Source of the DNA: Pristiophorus japonicus | Lineage: Eukaryota | DNA length: 64,000 bases | Direction of reading: 5' to 3' | Assembly (NCBI RefSeq): GCF_044704955.1 | Contig: NC_091982.1 | Span: 235,166,001 to 235,230,000 of the forward strand | Part shown: positions 22,437 through 33,643 of the stretch, in pieces | Layout: every line of letters starts with the position of its first letter | How positions within the stretch are numbered: position 1 is the stretch's first letter | Translations under genes and position numbers: made by a program | Notes under the pieces: model-generated | The model's input: the letters and a program-made list of their open reading frames with translations, nothing else | What the model was told of the DNA's origin: nothing | Databases searched by the model: none

Positions 22437-23065
22437 ATCATAGGCAATCCTTCGGAATCGAGGAAGACCTGCTTCCACTCTTAACATGAGTCCTTAAGTG
22501 GCTGAACAGACAAATATGAGAACCACAGTCCATGTCACAGGTGGGACAGATAGTCGTTGAGAGAAAGGGAGGGTAGGACAGGTTTGTCGAACATTCCTTC
22601 CGCTGCCTGCGCTTGATTTCTGCATAACCCTCTATTCCATTCTCCCTCATATGCTTCTCTTGCCTTCCCTTAATTTATTATTGTAAATGTTACTTTTGTT
22701 GTAAAATCTTTTAGTTTATTGAATCATTATTCACGTTCTCCCGGATGAAATTCCTCCACTTAGGGCAGTCTTTGGCCAGGGACTCTCAGGTGTCGGTGGG
22801 GATGTTGCACTTTATCAGGGAGGCTTTGAGGGTGTCCTTGTAACGTTTTCTCTGCCAGTTTTGGCTTGTTTGCCGTGAAGAAGTTCCGAGTAGAGCGCTT
22901 GCTTTGGGAGTCTCGTGTCTGGCCTGTGAACAGTGTGGCCTGCCCAGCGGAGCTGATTGAGTGTGGTCAGTACTTCAATGCTGGGGTTATTGGGCTGGTC
23001 GAGGACGCTAACGTTGGTGCGCCTGTCCTCCCAGGGGATTTGCAGGATCTTGCGGAGACATCGTT
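22437..23065 (-). mobile_element. RTE LINE fragments (rearranged)
   Basis: CLRKILQIPWEDRRTNVSVL...LRWAGH...RLPKQALYSEL; 3' end at 22437-22625. Confidence 0.8.
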
Positions 23066-24554
23066 TATGCTCCACGCGAGCCTCTTCCCACCCTGCCTCA
23101 TCAGCATAACCTTCTATTCCTTTCTCCCTCATGTACTTATCCTCACACTTTGCTGTTCCAGAGTGATCTTCTTCTGACACGGGACAAGGTGGGTTGTGCA
23201 TGCATAGCTGTTTGAGGTCACCTTTGCTGCCTTTCAACGAATGCAAACTTTTAATGTTGCCGCCAGTGATTGGGATTCATATCGCGGGTGGAGATGGAAA
23301 ACCAAAGATGTTGGCACGATGTGGAATCACTTCCTAGAACGATAAGCGAGTCGAGGGTTATGGGGAGCGGGCAGGGAAGTGGAGCTGAGCCCATGATCAG
23401 ATCAGCCATGATCTTATTGAATGGCGGAGCAGGCTCGAGGGGTCAAATGGCCGACTCCTGCTCCTATTTCTTATGTTCTTATGTTCTAGAATCATATGGA
23501 GGAGCCATTCGGCCCTTCGCACCTGTGCCGGTTCTTGGAAACTCCCCGGCTCTTCCTCTATAGCCCTGCAAATTTTTCATTTTCAAGTATACATCCGATT
23601 CCCTTTTGAAAGTTGCGATTGAATCTGCTTCCACCACCCTTTCAGACAGTGGATTACAGATCTTAACAACACGCTCTATAAAAAAATGTTTCCTCATCTC
23701 CCCGCTCTGTTCTTTTGCCATTACCTTTGAAGTGGTTGCACATCACAAATGGGTTAATGATCAGTCTGCAAGGAGACATCAATGACCAATCTTGTATCCT
23801 GTTGTCCCCGAATCTGAGGTCACTAAAGTTAAAACTCATCACAATCCAATGTGCTTGACACAGAGAAACACTGAAATGGATTGCAAAGTCTTGCCTAACT
23901 TGGAGGTGAATGCATGGTGATGGGAACCTGATGTCATTGCAACATTTCTAATTGACTGTAATGCACAATGGTGTAACACAATAGCTGCAATAGGTTCACG
24001 ATGACTCTAGACAAAGGTGATAGAAATAGTTACATTAACGGCACTGATCTTGCAAAGTTTCCTTTCTCTGCATGCTCCCCAGCACAAAAGTTCTCTTGAA
24101 ATTACAATAAATAGTCCTGTCTGTGTCTGAATGGGAGGGAGTGGAACAGACAGAGTACTGAATAAAGCAGGAAATGCCACTCATTTCTTTCCTGATTTCC
24201 AGCACGCTTGTTCAACACAAAACCTAGGAGAGCATCCATTAATATCGCATTAGATTGGTGTAATGATTGAGCTGCACAAGTTGGATTCAGACTGTAAATG
24301 TAGATTTATAATAAAGAATTTGTATTAATTTCGTGATTCTCTTGGTGAGAAATGTCAGTGTTGGATAAAGGAACATTTTTACAGTGAGAGCCAGCTAGAT
24401 TTCTGATTTATGCCGAGCAAATTTATTGAAGGTCTCTGTCAACAAGGCCTGTCTTTTCCTCATGGGAATTGGGTGGATCTAATATATTTGGCCCTCGGCA
24501 AAGCGTTAGATACCAAGCCATACAAATGATTAGTCCGCAAGGGTGCGGTGTAGG

Positions 24555-25975
24555 TGTAAGGTTCGAAAATCAACGGCCGCATTTTATTGGAACACCCTAA
24601 GGACAAGAAAACTAAAAGGGATCATCCTATACATTTTAAATGAACATTTTTGGCCAAGTCAAACCCTCAAACCAGGCAGGCTGGGAAACGTGTGGACGGA
24701 TACAGACATTGTGAAGTCTGGCTCACAAGCGAGACAGAGGCACTGGCCAATGGGGGAAAGGTGCATTCTGGCAGGCCAATCAGGGGTCGAGTCGGGCCTG
24801 AAGCGGGGAAATCCTCAACCAATGGGGAACTATCCGGCACAGTTTGAAAATATGACTCACCCATAATCAAATTATGAATGTGGACCATTATCTACCTAAT
24901 TAATATGGACAATGGACAATAGACCAGAGATCACTGTAGTAATTGATTCCTGTGATGTTACAATGGACCAACAGACGTTGAGGCACCAATGTGCACAGAA
25001 ACAATACCCCGGTCCTCACACCTACCTGTGACATCTTCTGATTACATTGTGGAGTCTGCCTCAAAAGCGAGATAGAGGCACTGGCCAATGGGGGAAAAAT
25101 GCATTCTGGCAGGCCAATCAGGGGTCAAGTCGGGCCTGAAGCGGGGAAATCCTCAACCAATGGGCAATACCCGGCTCTGTTTGAATATAGTAGGAAAAGC
25201 AGCTGGAGGAGTAGGACCTAGAGAACTACAGACAACAGAGAGGAAGCAACATACCATCGTACGGGCCCTGGACTCGACTTGTGTGCAGAATATACAACCC
25301 AACTACTGAAAGGCCCAACATCATCTCAAGAAGCCGAGCCGTACACCGAACAACCTCCGAGGTCAACCAGCTGAAGAACCGGAGACCGAAGTAACTGGGA
25401 GAGGCAACATTCACTCCAGCTACCCCGTAAACCAACCATCCAAAGGCTAAAAAGATAACTGTCAAAAGGGATGGTAAGTATTATCCTGGGGTTTTCTTTT
25501 CCCAACTGTCAGCCTAGGTCAGTCAGGTAAAAAGGGGGGTGGGGGTGGTGTTGGAACTGTCTTGTAACGATAAAATTGTGTAAGGTTTTTGTTGTGTCTG
25601 TTTCTTCCCATAGATTTTCATAGTTTATAAGTGTGTGTCAGATATGTGTTTTGATGAAGTTTGACCTTGTTGGAAACTTACCGTGGTTAATAAATTGGAC
25701 TTACCCGTTTTTTTGTTCCAAGTACCACTTGTCTCTGAGTGTTTTGTTTTCCCTTGTGGAAGCTCATAATCCACCAAAATTCTGAGCTTAGAACCAGATA
25801 GGGGTGCTAGGGCGCTTCACAACCGCCAGTTTAGTGGTCAGCGAGCCATAAGCTGCTGGACCGTCCCCTGGAAGGGACAGAGAGGCCCAATACACCAACA
25901 GCCACCAAAGACCCCCGTAATTGGGCAGAGCAAAAACCCCCTACCTAGGAGACGAGCTTCGGGATGGGCTTTACA
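24555..25975 (+). mobile_element. Large solo LTR (1.42 kb) inserted into an old CR1
   Basis: TGTAAG...TTTACA termini; 4-bp TSD tagg at 24551-24554 and 25976-25979; internal ~140-bp direct repeat with CCAAT boxes; AATAAA near 25690. Confidence 0.8.
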
Positions 25976-26204
25976 TAGGCTAAACCAGGGAAAGTAAAAG
26001 GTGGTTATGAACGAAGGCGTGCCAACATGGCAAAGAGCCATTAGTGGATGCTGGGGATCAGTGCCGGGGCCATTGCTGTTTACACTGCAGATAAAGGACT
26101 TGGAACAGCAGACAAAAAAAAAAGACAAAACTGTCTACATTTGCAGTCGACATCAAAGCCTGCAAATTTCCACATTGGGTTCTTTCGACCTATGGCCTAA
26201 GCTC

Positions 26205-27450
26205 AGCCATGGCTCAGTGGGTGGCACTCTCACCTCTGAGTTTTGGGTTCAAGTCCCACTCCAGAGACTTGAGCACAAAATTTTAGGCTGACATTCCAGT
26301 GCAATGCTGAAGGAGTGCTGCACTGTCGGAGGTGCCGTCTTTGGATGAGATATTGGCCCTGAAATTCCGGCCTCCCCGGGTCCGTACAGAGTGTGTACGG
26401 AGTGTGTACGGAGTGTGTACGGACCCGGGAAGGCATCACAAAAGCTGGTTTTCAGCGCACAATGCGCATGCGCTGAAAACAGGCTTTTCCGATCTGTCAA
26501 ACTGGAGCTGGAGCTGGACAGATCATCCACATCTCGGGAGTGAGGAAATTTGCACGGGCAAGATTGCGGGATTTACCCATATCTTGCCCGGCAAATGTCC
26601 TCAAAACTCTTACGCCTGATAAAAGCCGGCAGATAGCCTACTTTTACAGGTGTAAGAGTTTTAAAACACACAAAAATATGATTTAATTAAATTTAAAAAA
26701 CACATTTTATTTTTTTAAACGCTGCCTACTATGTTAAATTAATTTTAAACCATAATTAAAAAAACTTTTTAAAAACTCAAAAAATTTTTGTTTCTCTAAG
26801 ATTAACTGTAATTTCAATTAATTTTAATTATGTGAGGTGTGCTTTTTTATTTTTTATTTGTTTAGTATTTGTTTTTTTTCTCATTAATAGTTATGAGAAC
26901 TGGTAGATACGGAGTTCCCATTGCTATTAATGGGAAAGCTGTGGAATACTGTACCTGATTGGCTGAGCAGTCACACGTGACTGCACCTTCTGCGTGGGAA
27001 CCTGGAGGACGGGAGCGTGCTTCGCAGCGCGGGAAGAGAAGGCCTCCCCCACCGGAATCCCACGCTCCTCCCGGACCACCAGGTACTTTCGTAGAAATGG
27101 TTCAGGTCGGAGGTAGTTGCCCGTGGGAAGCCTCCGACCGCAATTTCTGGGCCATCAAACTTGAACCATGTCTGCCCTCTTGGGTGGATGTAAACGATAC
27201 CATGGCACTATTTTGAAGAAGAGCAGGGAAGTTCTCTCTGGTGCCTTGACCAAAATAAATTCCTCAATCAACATCACTAAAAATAGATTATGTGGTCATT
27301 ATCACATTGCTGTTTGTGGGAGCTTGCTGTGCGCAAATTGGCTGCCGCGTTTCCCACATTACAACAGTGACTGCACTTCAAAAGTACTTAGTTGCTTTGG
27401 GACATCCTGAGGTCTAAAAAAGGAGCTGTATAAACGCAAATCGTTCTTTC
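26205..27450 (+). mobile_element. tRNA-derived SacSINE1-like SINE interrupted by a MITE
   Basis: A-box tggctcagtgggtggcactct, B-box ggttcaagtccc, body gtttgtgggagcttgctgtgcgcaaattggctgcc. Confidence 0.8.
26355..27153. mobile_element. PIF/Harbinger-like MITE (799 bp)
   Basis: TIR ggccctgaaattccgg / ccgcaatttctgggcc; 3-bp flanks att/atc; internal palindromes. Confidence 0.8.
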
Positions 27451-27556
27451 TTCTTTAAGTTTGGTGGATATCCTGCAATAGTTAGTTTGCACCATTTCTC
27501 TGGGATTTACTCTGATCTTCCACTGAAGTGTGTGTGGGGTTGGGGGACTCATTTCC

Positions 27557-28803
27557 ACATAAAAACATAGAAAATAGCTGCAGGAGTAGACCATTCGGCC
27601 CTTTAAGCCTGCACCACCACTCAATAAGATCATGGCTGATCATTCACCTCAGTACCCCTTTCCTGCTTTCTCTCCATACCCCTTGATCCTTTTAGCCGTA
27701 AGGGCCATATCTAGCTTCCTCTTGAATATATCCAATGAACTGGCATCAACAATTCTCTGCGGTAGAGAATTCCACAGGTTAACAACGCTGAGATGAGTGA
27801 AGAAGTTTCTCCTCATCTCAGTCCTAAATGGCTTACCCGTTATCCTTAGGCTGTGGCGCCTGGTTCTGGACTTCCCCAACATCGGGAACATTCTTCCTGC
27901 ATCTAACCTGTCCAGTCCCGTCAGAATTTTATATGTTTCTATGAGATCCCCTCTCATCCTTCTAAACTCCAGTGAATACAGACCCAGTCGATCCAGTCTC
28001 TCCTCATATGTCAGTCCTGCCATCACAGGAATCAGTCTGGGTGAACCTTTGCTGCACTCCCTCAAGAACGTCCTTCCTCAGATTAGGAGACCAAAACTGA
28101 ACACAATATTCCAGGTGAGGCCTCACCAAGGCCCTGTACAACTGCAGTAAGACCTCTCTGCTCCTATACTCAAATCCCCTAGCTATGAAGACCAACATAT
28201 CATTTGCCTTCTTTACCGCCTGCTGTGCTTGCATGCCAACTTTCAATGACTGATGTACCATGACACCCAGGTCTCGTTGCACCTCCCCTTTTCCTAACCT
28301 GCCGCCATTCAGATAAGATTCTGCCTTCATGTTTTTGCCACCAAAGTGGATAACCTCACATTTATCCACATCATACTGCATCTGCCATGCATTTGCCCAC
28401 TCACCTAACCTGTCCAAGTCACCCTACAGCCTCTTAGCGCCCTCCTCATAGCTCACACCACCACCCAGCTTAGTGTCATCTGCAAACTTGGAGATATTAC
28501 ACTCATCTAAATCATTAATGTATATTGTAAATAGCTGGGGTCCCAGCACTAAACCTTGCAGAACCCCACTAATCACTGCCTGCCATTCTGAAAAAGACCC
28601 GTTTATCCCGACTCTCTGCTTCCTGTCTGCAACTAGTTCTCTATTCACGTCAGTACATTACCCCCAATACCATGTGCTTTAATTTTGCACACCAATCTCT
28701 TATGTGGGACCTTGTCAAAAGCCTTTTGAAAGTCTAAATACACCACATCCCCTGGTTCACCCATGTCCACACTACTAGTTACATCCTCAAAAAATTCTAG
28801 AAG
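27557..28803 (-). mobile_element. CR1 LINE, 5'-truncated
   Basis: RT motifs YLDFQKAFDKVPH and FADDTKL; frameshifted. Confidence 0.95.
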
Positions 28804-30027
28804 ATAGGGAAGAGGCAAATCAAATACACAAGGGGATCCGATGGTGAGCATTCTTCTTCTAAATTCTTCTAAACTCCAATGAGTACAGGCCTAACCTGCT
28901 CAACCTTTCCTCATAAGTCAAGCCTTCATCTCAAGACAGCTTTTTTAAAACAAAAAATATCTTTCCTGTTTTCAGCAGCGATGATTTTTCTTTTCGGACT
29001 CGGTTGGCGGAGGATGGCACGAAAGTAAAATCTCCACTCGGCCTGCCGTAATGAAAGAGCTACTGCTGTTTCTGCCCACTGGGTTGGCGCTTAACATGGC
29101 CTGAAATCGGGGCGCATTTTCACCGAAGCGTCCTCGCCTCTCAGTCCAGCTCGTGCCTCATGTCATTACCAGGATGTTGCCTGGACTGGAGAATTTTGGC
29201 TATGAGGAAAGATTGGATAGGCTGGAGTTTGTTTTCTTCGGAACAGAGGAGGCTGAGGAGAGACCTGATTGAGGTGTATAAAATTATGAGGGACCTGGAT
29301 AGAGTGGATAGGACGGACCTATTTCCCGTAGCAGAGGGGTCAACAACCAGGGGTCAGAGATTGAAAGTAATTGGGGGGAGGTTTAGAGGGAATTTGAGGG
29401 GTATGTTCTTCACACAGAGGGTGGTGCAGGTCTGGAACTCACTGCCTGAAAGGGTGGTAGAGGCAGAAACCCTCATCATGTTTAAAAAGTACTTGGATGT
29501 GCACTTGAAGTTCCGTAACCGACAGGGCTACGGACCAAGAGCTGGAAAGTGGGATTAGGCTGGATAGCTCTTTGTCGGCCGGCACGGACACAATGGGCCG
29601 AAATGGCCTCTTGCGCGCTGTAAATTTCTATGATTCTATGATTAAAAACAGTTTTTATTGTCAGCAAATTCAAAGTCATGAGACCAGTGAAGGGAAATAA
29701 ACAGTGGGAATATGAGCTGACTAGCTCAAGGCCACAAGACATGGCATAGGAGACGGATCTGGGGATACTGGTTGGAACCATCAGCAAAGCGTGCGGCAGT
29801 CCATTATAGTTCAATCACCTTCCCACCTTCTCCTCACGAGGCTTAATACATTCCCTGTTCCAGAAACACACTTAATTCTCTCTCAAACCTATTTTTATTG
29901 CCCACTTCCATGACCTCCCCATGTAATTTATTCGACAAATCTATTGCACCAACAGCTTAGCCAAACCCATTCATAATCTTGAAACCTTCAAGTTAATTTA
30001 CGTCTCATCTTTTCCAGCTGAAAGGAG

Positions 30028-30180
30028 GGCCTCGAAATTGGTCTCGGGCGGGGGCACAAATCATTCAGAATCGGATCGGCCGGCCATTATACGCAACGTC
30101 TGATAGTCAGCTCCACTGCAGCCAATGACCAATCCCATACCGCTCGTTTTGCACCCCCGCTCGAGATTAATTTCTAGGCC
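30028..30180. mobile_element. Short MITE (153 bp) with ~33-bp imperfect TIRs
   Basis: ggcctcgaaattggtctcgggcgggggcacaaa ... tttgcacccccgctcgagattaatttctaggcc. Confidence 0.7.
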
Positions 30181-31099
30181 GATAGGTTTTAAGAACTTTT
30201 ACATAAGAACATAAGAACAGAAGAATTAGGAACAGGAGTAGGCCATCTAGCCCCTCGAGCCTGCTCCGCCATTCAACAAGATCATGGCTGATCTGGCCGT
30301 GGACTCAGCTCCACTTACCCGCCCGCTCCCCGTAACCATTAAATCCCTTATTGGTTAAAATGTTTGCCAGTGCCGCCCTATAGTCGTCTTCTAGGAGATG
30401 TGCAAGGATGACATGGGACAGCTACCATTCTGATTTTACCTCCCTCCCAGTGCAGAAGAGCTTGGGAGCTTTTCCCCATTAGTCGAGATAGGTCACTTGT
30501 CTTCTTACGCTCTCAACCCACCTTCCTCTTTCAGTGGGCCTAGGTCAGTTTGCCTCCTCCCACTCCCAACAGTCAGGGAGAAAACCTGAAGCATGTTATA
30601 GTTCCAGCACCATCTTCACCCCCACTGCGTTATCTTCTGATACGTTTAATCACATCTACTCCTCTTCCCAAGCCGCCATTTCCATTTTCCAGGAACACCA
30701 ATAACCTTCTGCAATGTGTTTGCTTCATGGGTTCTTTGCTTAAGAATTCATAGCAACACGTCGCTATTAAGAACCAGTTGGTTTAACAATCACACGACAC
30801 ATTGCCAGTCCATTACAACACAACTGGCTGGGGTTTTATTGAGTCTTGTGAACATCATGTGACTGGCCAAGCCACTCCCAACTCAACAGTTCCACCAACC
30901 TGTGATGTGTACATTACACCTTCCATTGCTGTGGTGCAAAGGGAAGCAGTAAGGCAGCTGGTAGCACTTGTCCGACCAACAAAGGTTGGACTCATGGGGT
31001 TAAAGAGGCAAAATCATAGGGGTTAGATTTTCAACTTATAGCCGAGGCATAATACTTGTAATCAATGGAAATGAAGGTTCGGCAAATGAAGGTTCGGCA

Positions 31100-31661
31100 A
31101 GAGGCCACACCTGGAGTATTGTGTACAGTTTTGGACTCCTAATCTGAGGAAAGACATTCTTGCTATTGAGGGAGTGCAGCAAAGGTTCACTAGACTGATT
31201 CCCGGGATGGTAGTACTGACATATGAAGAAAGATTGGATTGACTAGGCTTATATTCACTGGAATTTAGAAGAATGAGAGGGGATCTCATAGAAACATATA
31301 AAATTCTGATGGGACTGGACAGGTTAGATGCAGGAAGAATGTGTTGGGGAAGTCCAGAGCCAGAGGTCACAGTTTAAGGATAAGGGGTAAGCCATTTAGG
31401 ACCGAGATGAGGAGAAACTTCTTCACTCAGAGAATTGTGAACCTGTGGAATTCTCTACCGCAGAGAGTTGTTGAGGCCAGTTCGTTAGATATATTCAAAA
31501 GGGAGTTAGATGTGGCCCTTACATCTAAAGGGATCATGGGGTATGGAGAGAAAGCAGGAATGGGGTACTGAGGTGAATGATCAGCCATGATCATATTGAA
31601 TGGAGGTGCAGGCTCGAAGGGCCGAATGGCCTACTCCTGCAACTATTTTCTATGTTTCTAT
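31100..31661 (+). mobile_element. CR1 LINE 3' end
   Basis: [11 protein letters not shown] through to the (tttctatg) tail. Confidence 0.92.
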
Positions 31662-32384
31662 AGCAGGTAGCCAATCCGCAATGATGTTTTTATGCCCATG
31701 TAGCAAGTTGAGTCCATAAAGTCAAAGAATGGTACAGCATGGAGGAGGCCATTTGGCCCATTGTGCTTGCACTAGTGTCTGAAAGAAATAACCACTTAGT
31801 CCCACTCCCGTGACCTTTCACCAGATGCTTTTAATTTTTTCTTTTGAAAATAACCAACCTATTATTAATTCTGCTTCCCTCAGTGTTTCTGTTGGGCATG
31901 CCACATCCTAACAACCTTTTGTGTCAAAGTGAAAATCTCCCAATCTCTCCCTTCATTCTAACGGTGATGATTTTAATTTGACGGCCTTCAGTTACAGTCT
32001 CGTTGACCACCAACATTACTAAAAGACATAAAATCTGGGACATTATCACATAGCAGTTCGTGGGAGCTTGCTGTGCTTAAATTAGCTGCCGTGTTTCCTA
32101 CATTACACCAGTGACTACACATCAAAAAAGGTACTTCATTGGCTGTAAAGGGCTTTGAGGTTGTCAAAAGGCAACATATAAATGCACGTTATATAATGCA
32201 GAAAGGTCACCGACCTGAAACGTTAACTCTGTTTCTCTCTCCACAAATGCTGCCTGACTGCTGACTATTTCCAACATTTTGTGTTTTTAATCTCCTCTTA
32301 ACCTCTCTATTCTACTGAAAGGAGTTCCATTTACTTTAGTTTCTCCTCATAACTAAAGCCTCTCATCTCTGGTGTCAACTTAAA

Positions 32385-32835
32385 GAAAGAAAGACTTGCA
32401 TTTATATCGCGCCTTTCACGACCACCGGACGTCTCAAAGCGCTTTACACCCAATGAAATACTTTTGGAGTGTAGTCACTATTGTAATGTAGGAAACGCGG
32501 CAGCCAATTTTCGCACAGCAAGCTCCCACAAACAGCAATATGATAATGACCAGATAATCTCTTTTTGTTATGTTGATTGAGGGATAAATATTGGCCAGGA
32601 CACCGGGGATAACTCCCCTGCTCTTCTTCGAAATAGTGGCGTGGGATCTTTTCTGTCCACCTGAGAGGGCAGACGGGGCCTCGGTTTAAAGTCTCATCTG
32701 AAAGATGGCACCTCCGACAGTGCAGCACTCCCTCAGCACTGCACTGGAGTGTCAGCCTAGATTGTTTTTGTGCTCAAGTCCCTGGAGTGGGACTTGAACC
32801 CACACCCTTCTGACTCAGAGGCGAGGGTGCTGAGT
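32385..32835 (-). mobile_element. Near full-length SacSINE1-like SINE
   Basis: tRNA-like head (gggacttgaaccc on the + strand), conserved body, and ataaatgcaagtctttc tail. Confidence 0.85.
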
Positions 32836-33643
32836 TACCTGAGCGATATTTCTTCTGCACATTCTGCAGAGCCTTGAATCCTTTCTAAAGTAAGGTGTGA
32901 AAAACAATGCATTTTGCTGTTGGTAGGTATCTTTAGTAACATCGGGACACTAGGAACAGCAGGAGGCCATTCAGCCCCTCGCGCCCATTCCGTCATTCAA
33001 TTAGATCATGGCCAATCTGCACCAAAACTCTGCTTTCCCGCTTTAGCTCCATATTCCTTGACACCCTTACCCAACATTAATCTACCGAGCTCAGTCTTGA
33101 ACGCTCCAATTAATACAGAACCCGGAGCCTTCTGCGGGCAGAGTTATAATTTTTGACTAATCTTTGTGTGAAGAGGTGCTTCTTAATTTCGCTCCTTAAC
33201 AGCCTAGCCCTAATTTTAAGATTGTGCCCCCTTGCTCTTGATTCCCCTGCCAGAGGAAGTTGTTTTACCGTATCTACCCCTTCAAATCCTTTTAATAATT
33301 TAAACACCTCGATCAGATCACCCCTCATTCTGCTATACTCAAGGGAAAATAAGCCAAGTTTATTCAACTTGTCCTCATAATTTAACCCTCCAAGTCCCGG
33401 TAACATTTGAATGAATCTGCACTGCAGCCCCTCCAAGACCACTATGTCCTTTCTGAGGTGTGCTGCCCAGTACTGAGCACAGTTACTCCAGGTGGGGTCT
33501 GACCGAGGCTCTGTACAACTGAAGCACCTCTTCCTCCCCTTTTGTATTCCACCAGCAGCTGGGAAAAATGCAAGTCACAAAGTCCCCTTTCAGGAAAGTC
33601 TACCCTAACGTGGTTTTGGTACACAAGCACACTGCATTATAAT

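Noticed and set aside
26205-26275. tRNA gene-like A and B boxes
   Set aside because: Head of a SINE that continues into the SINE body; no cloverleaf seen.
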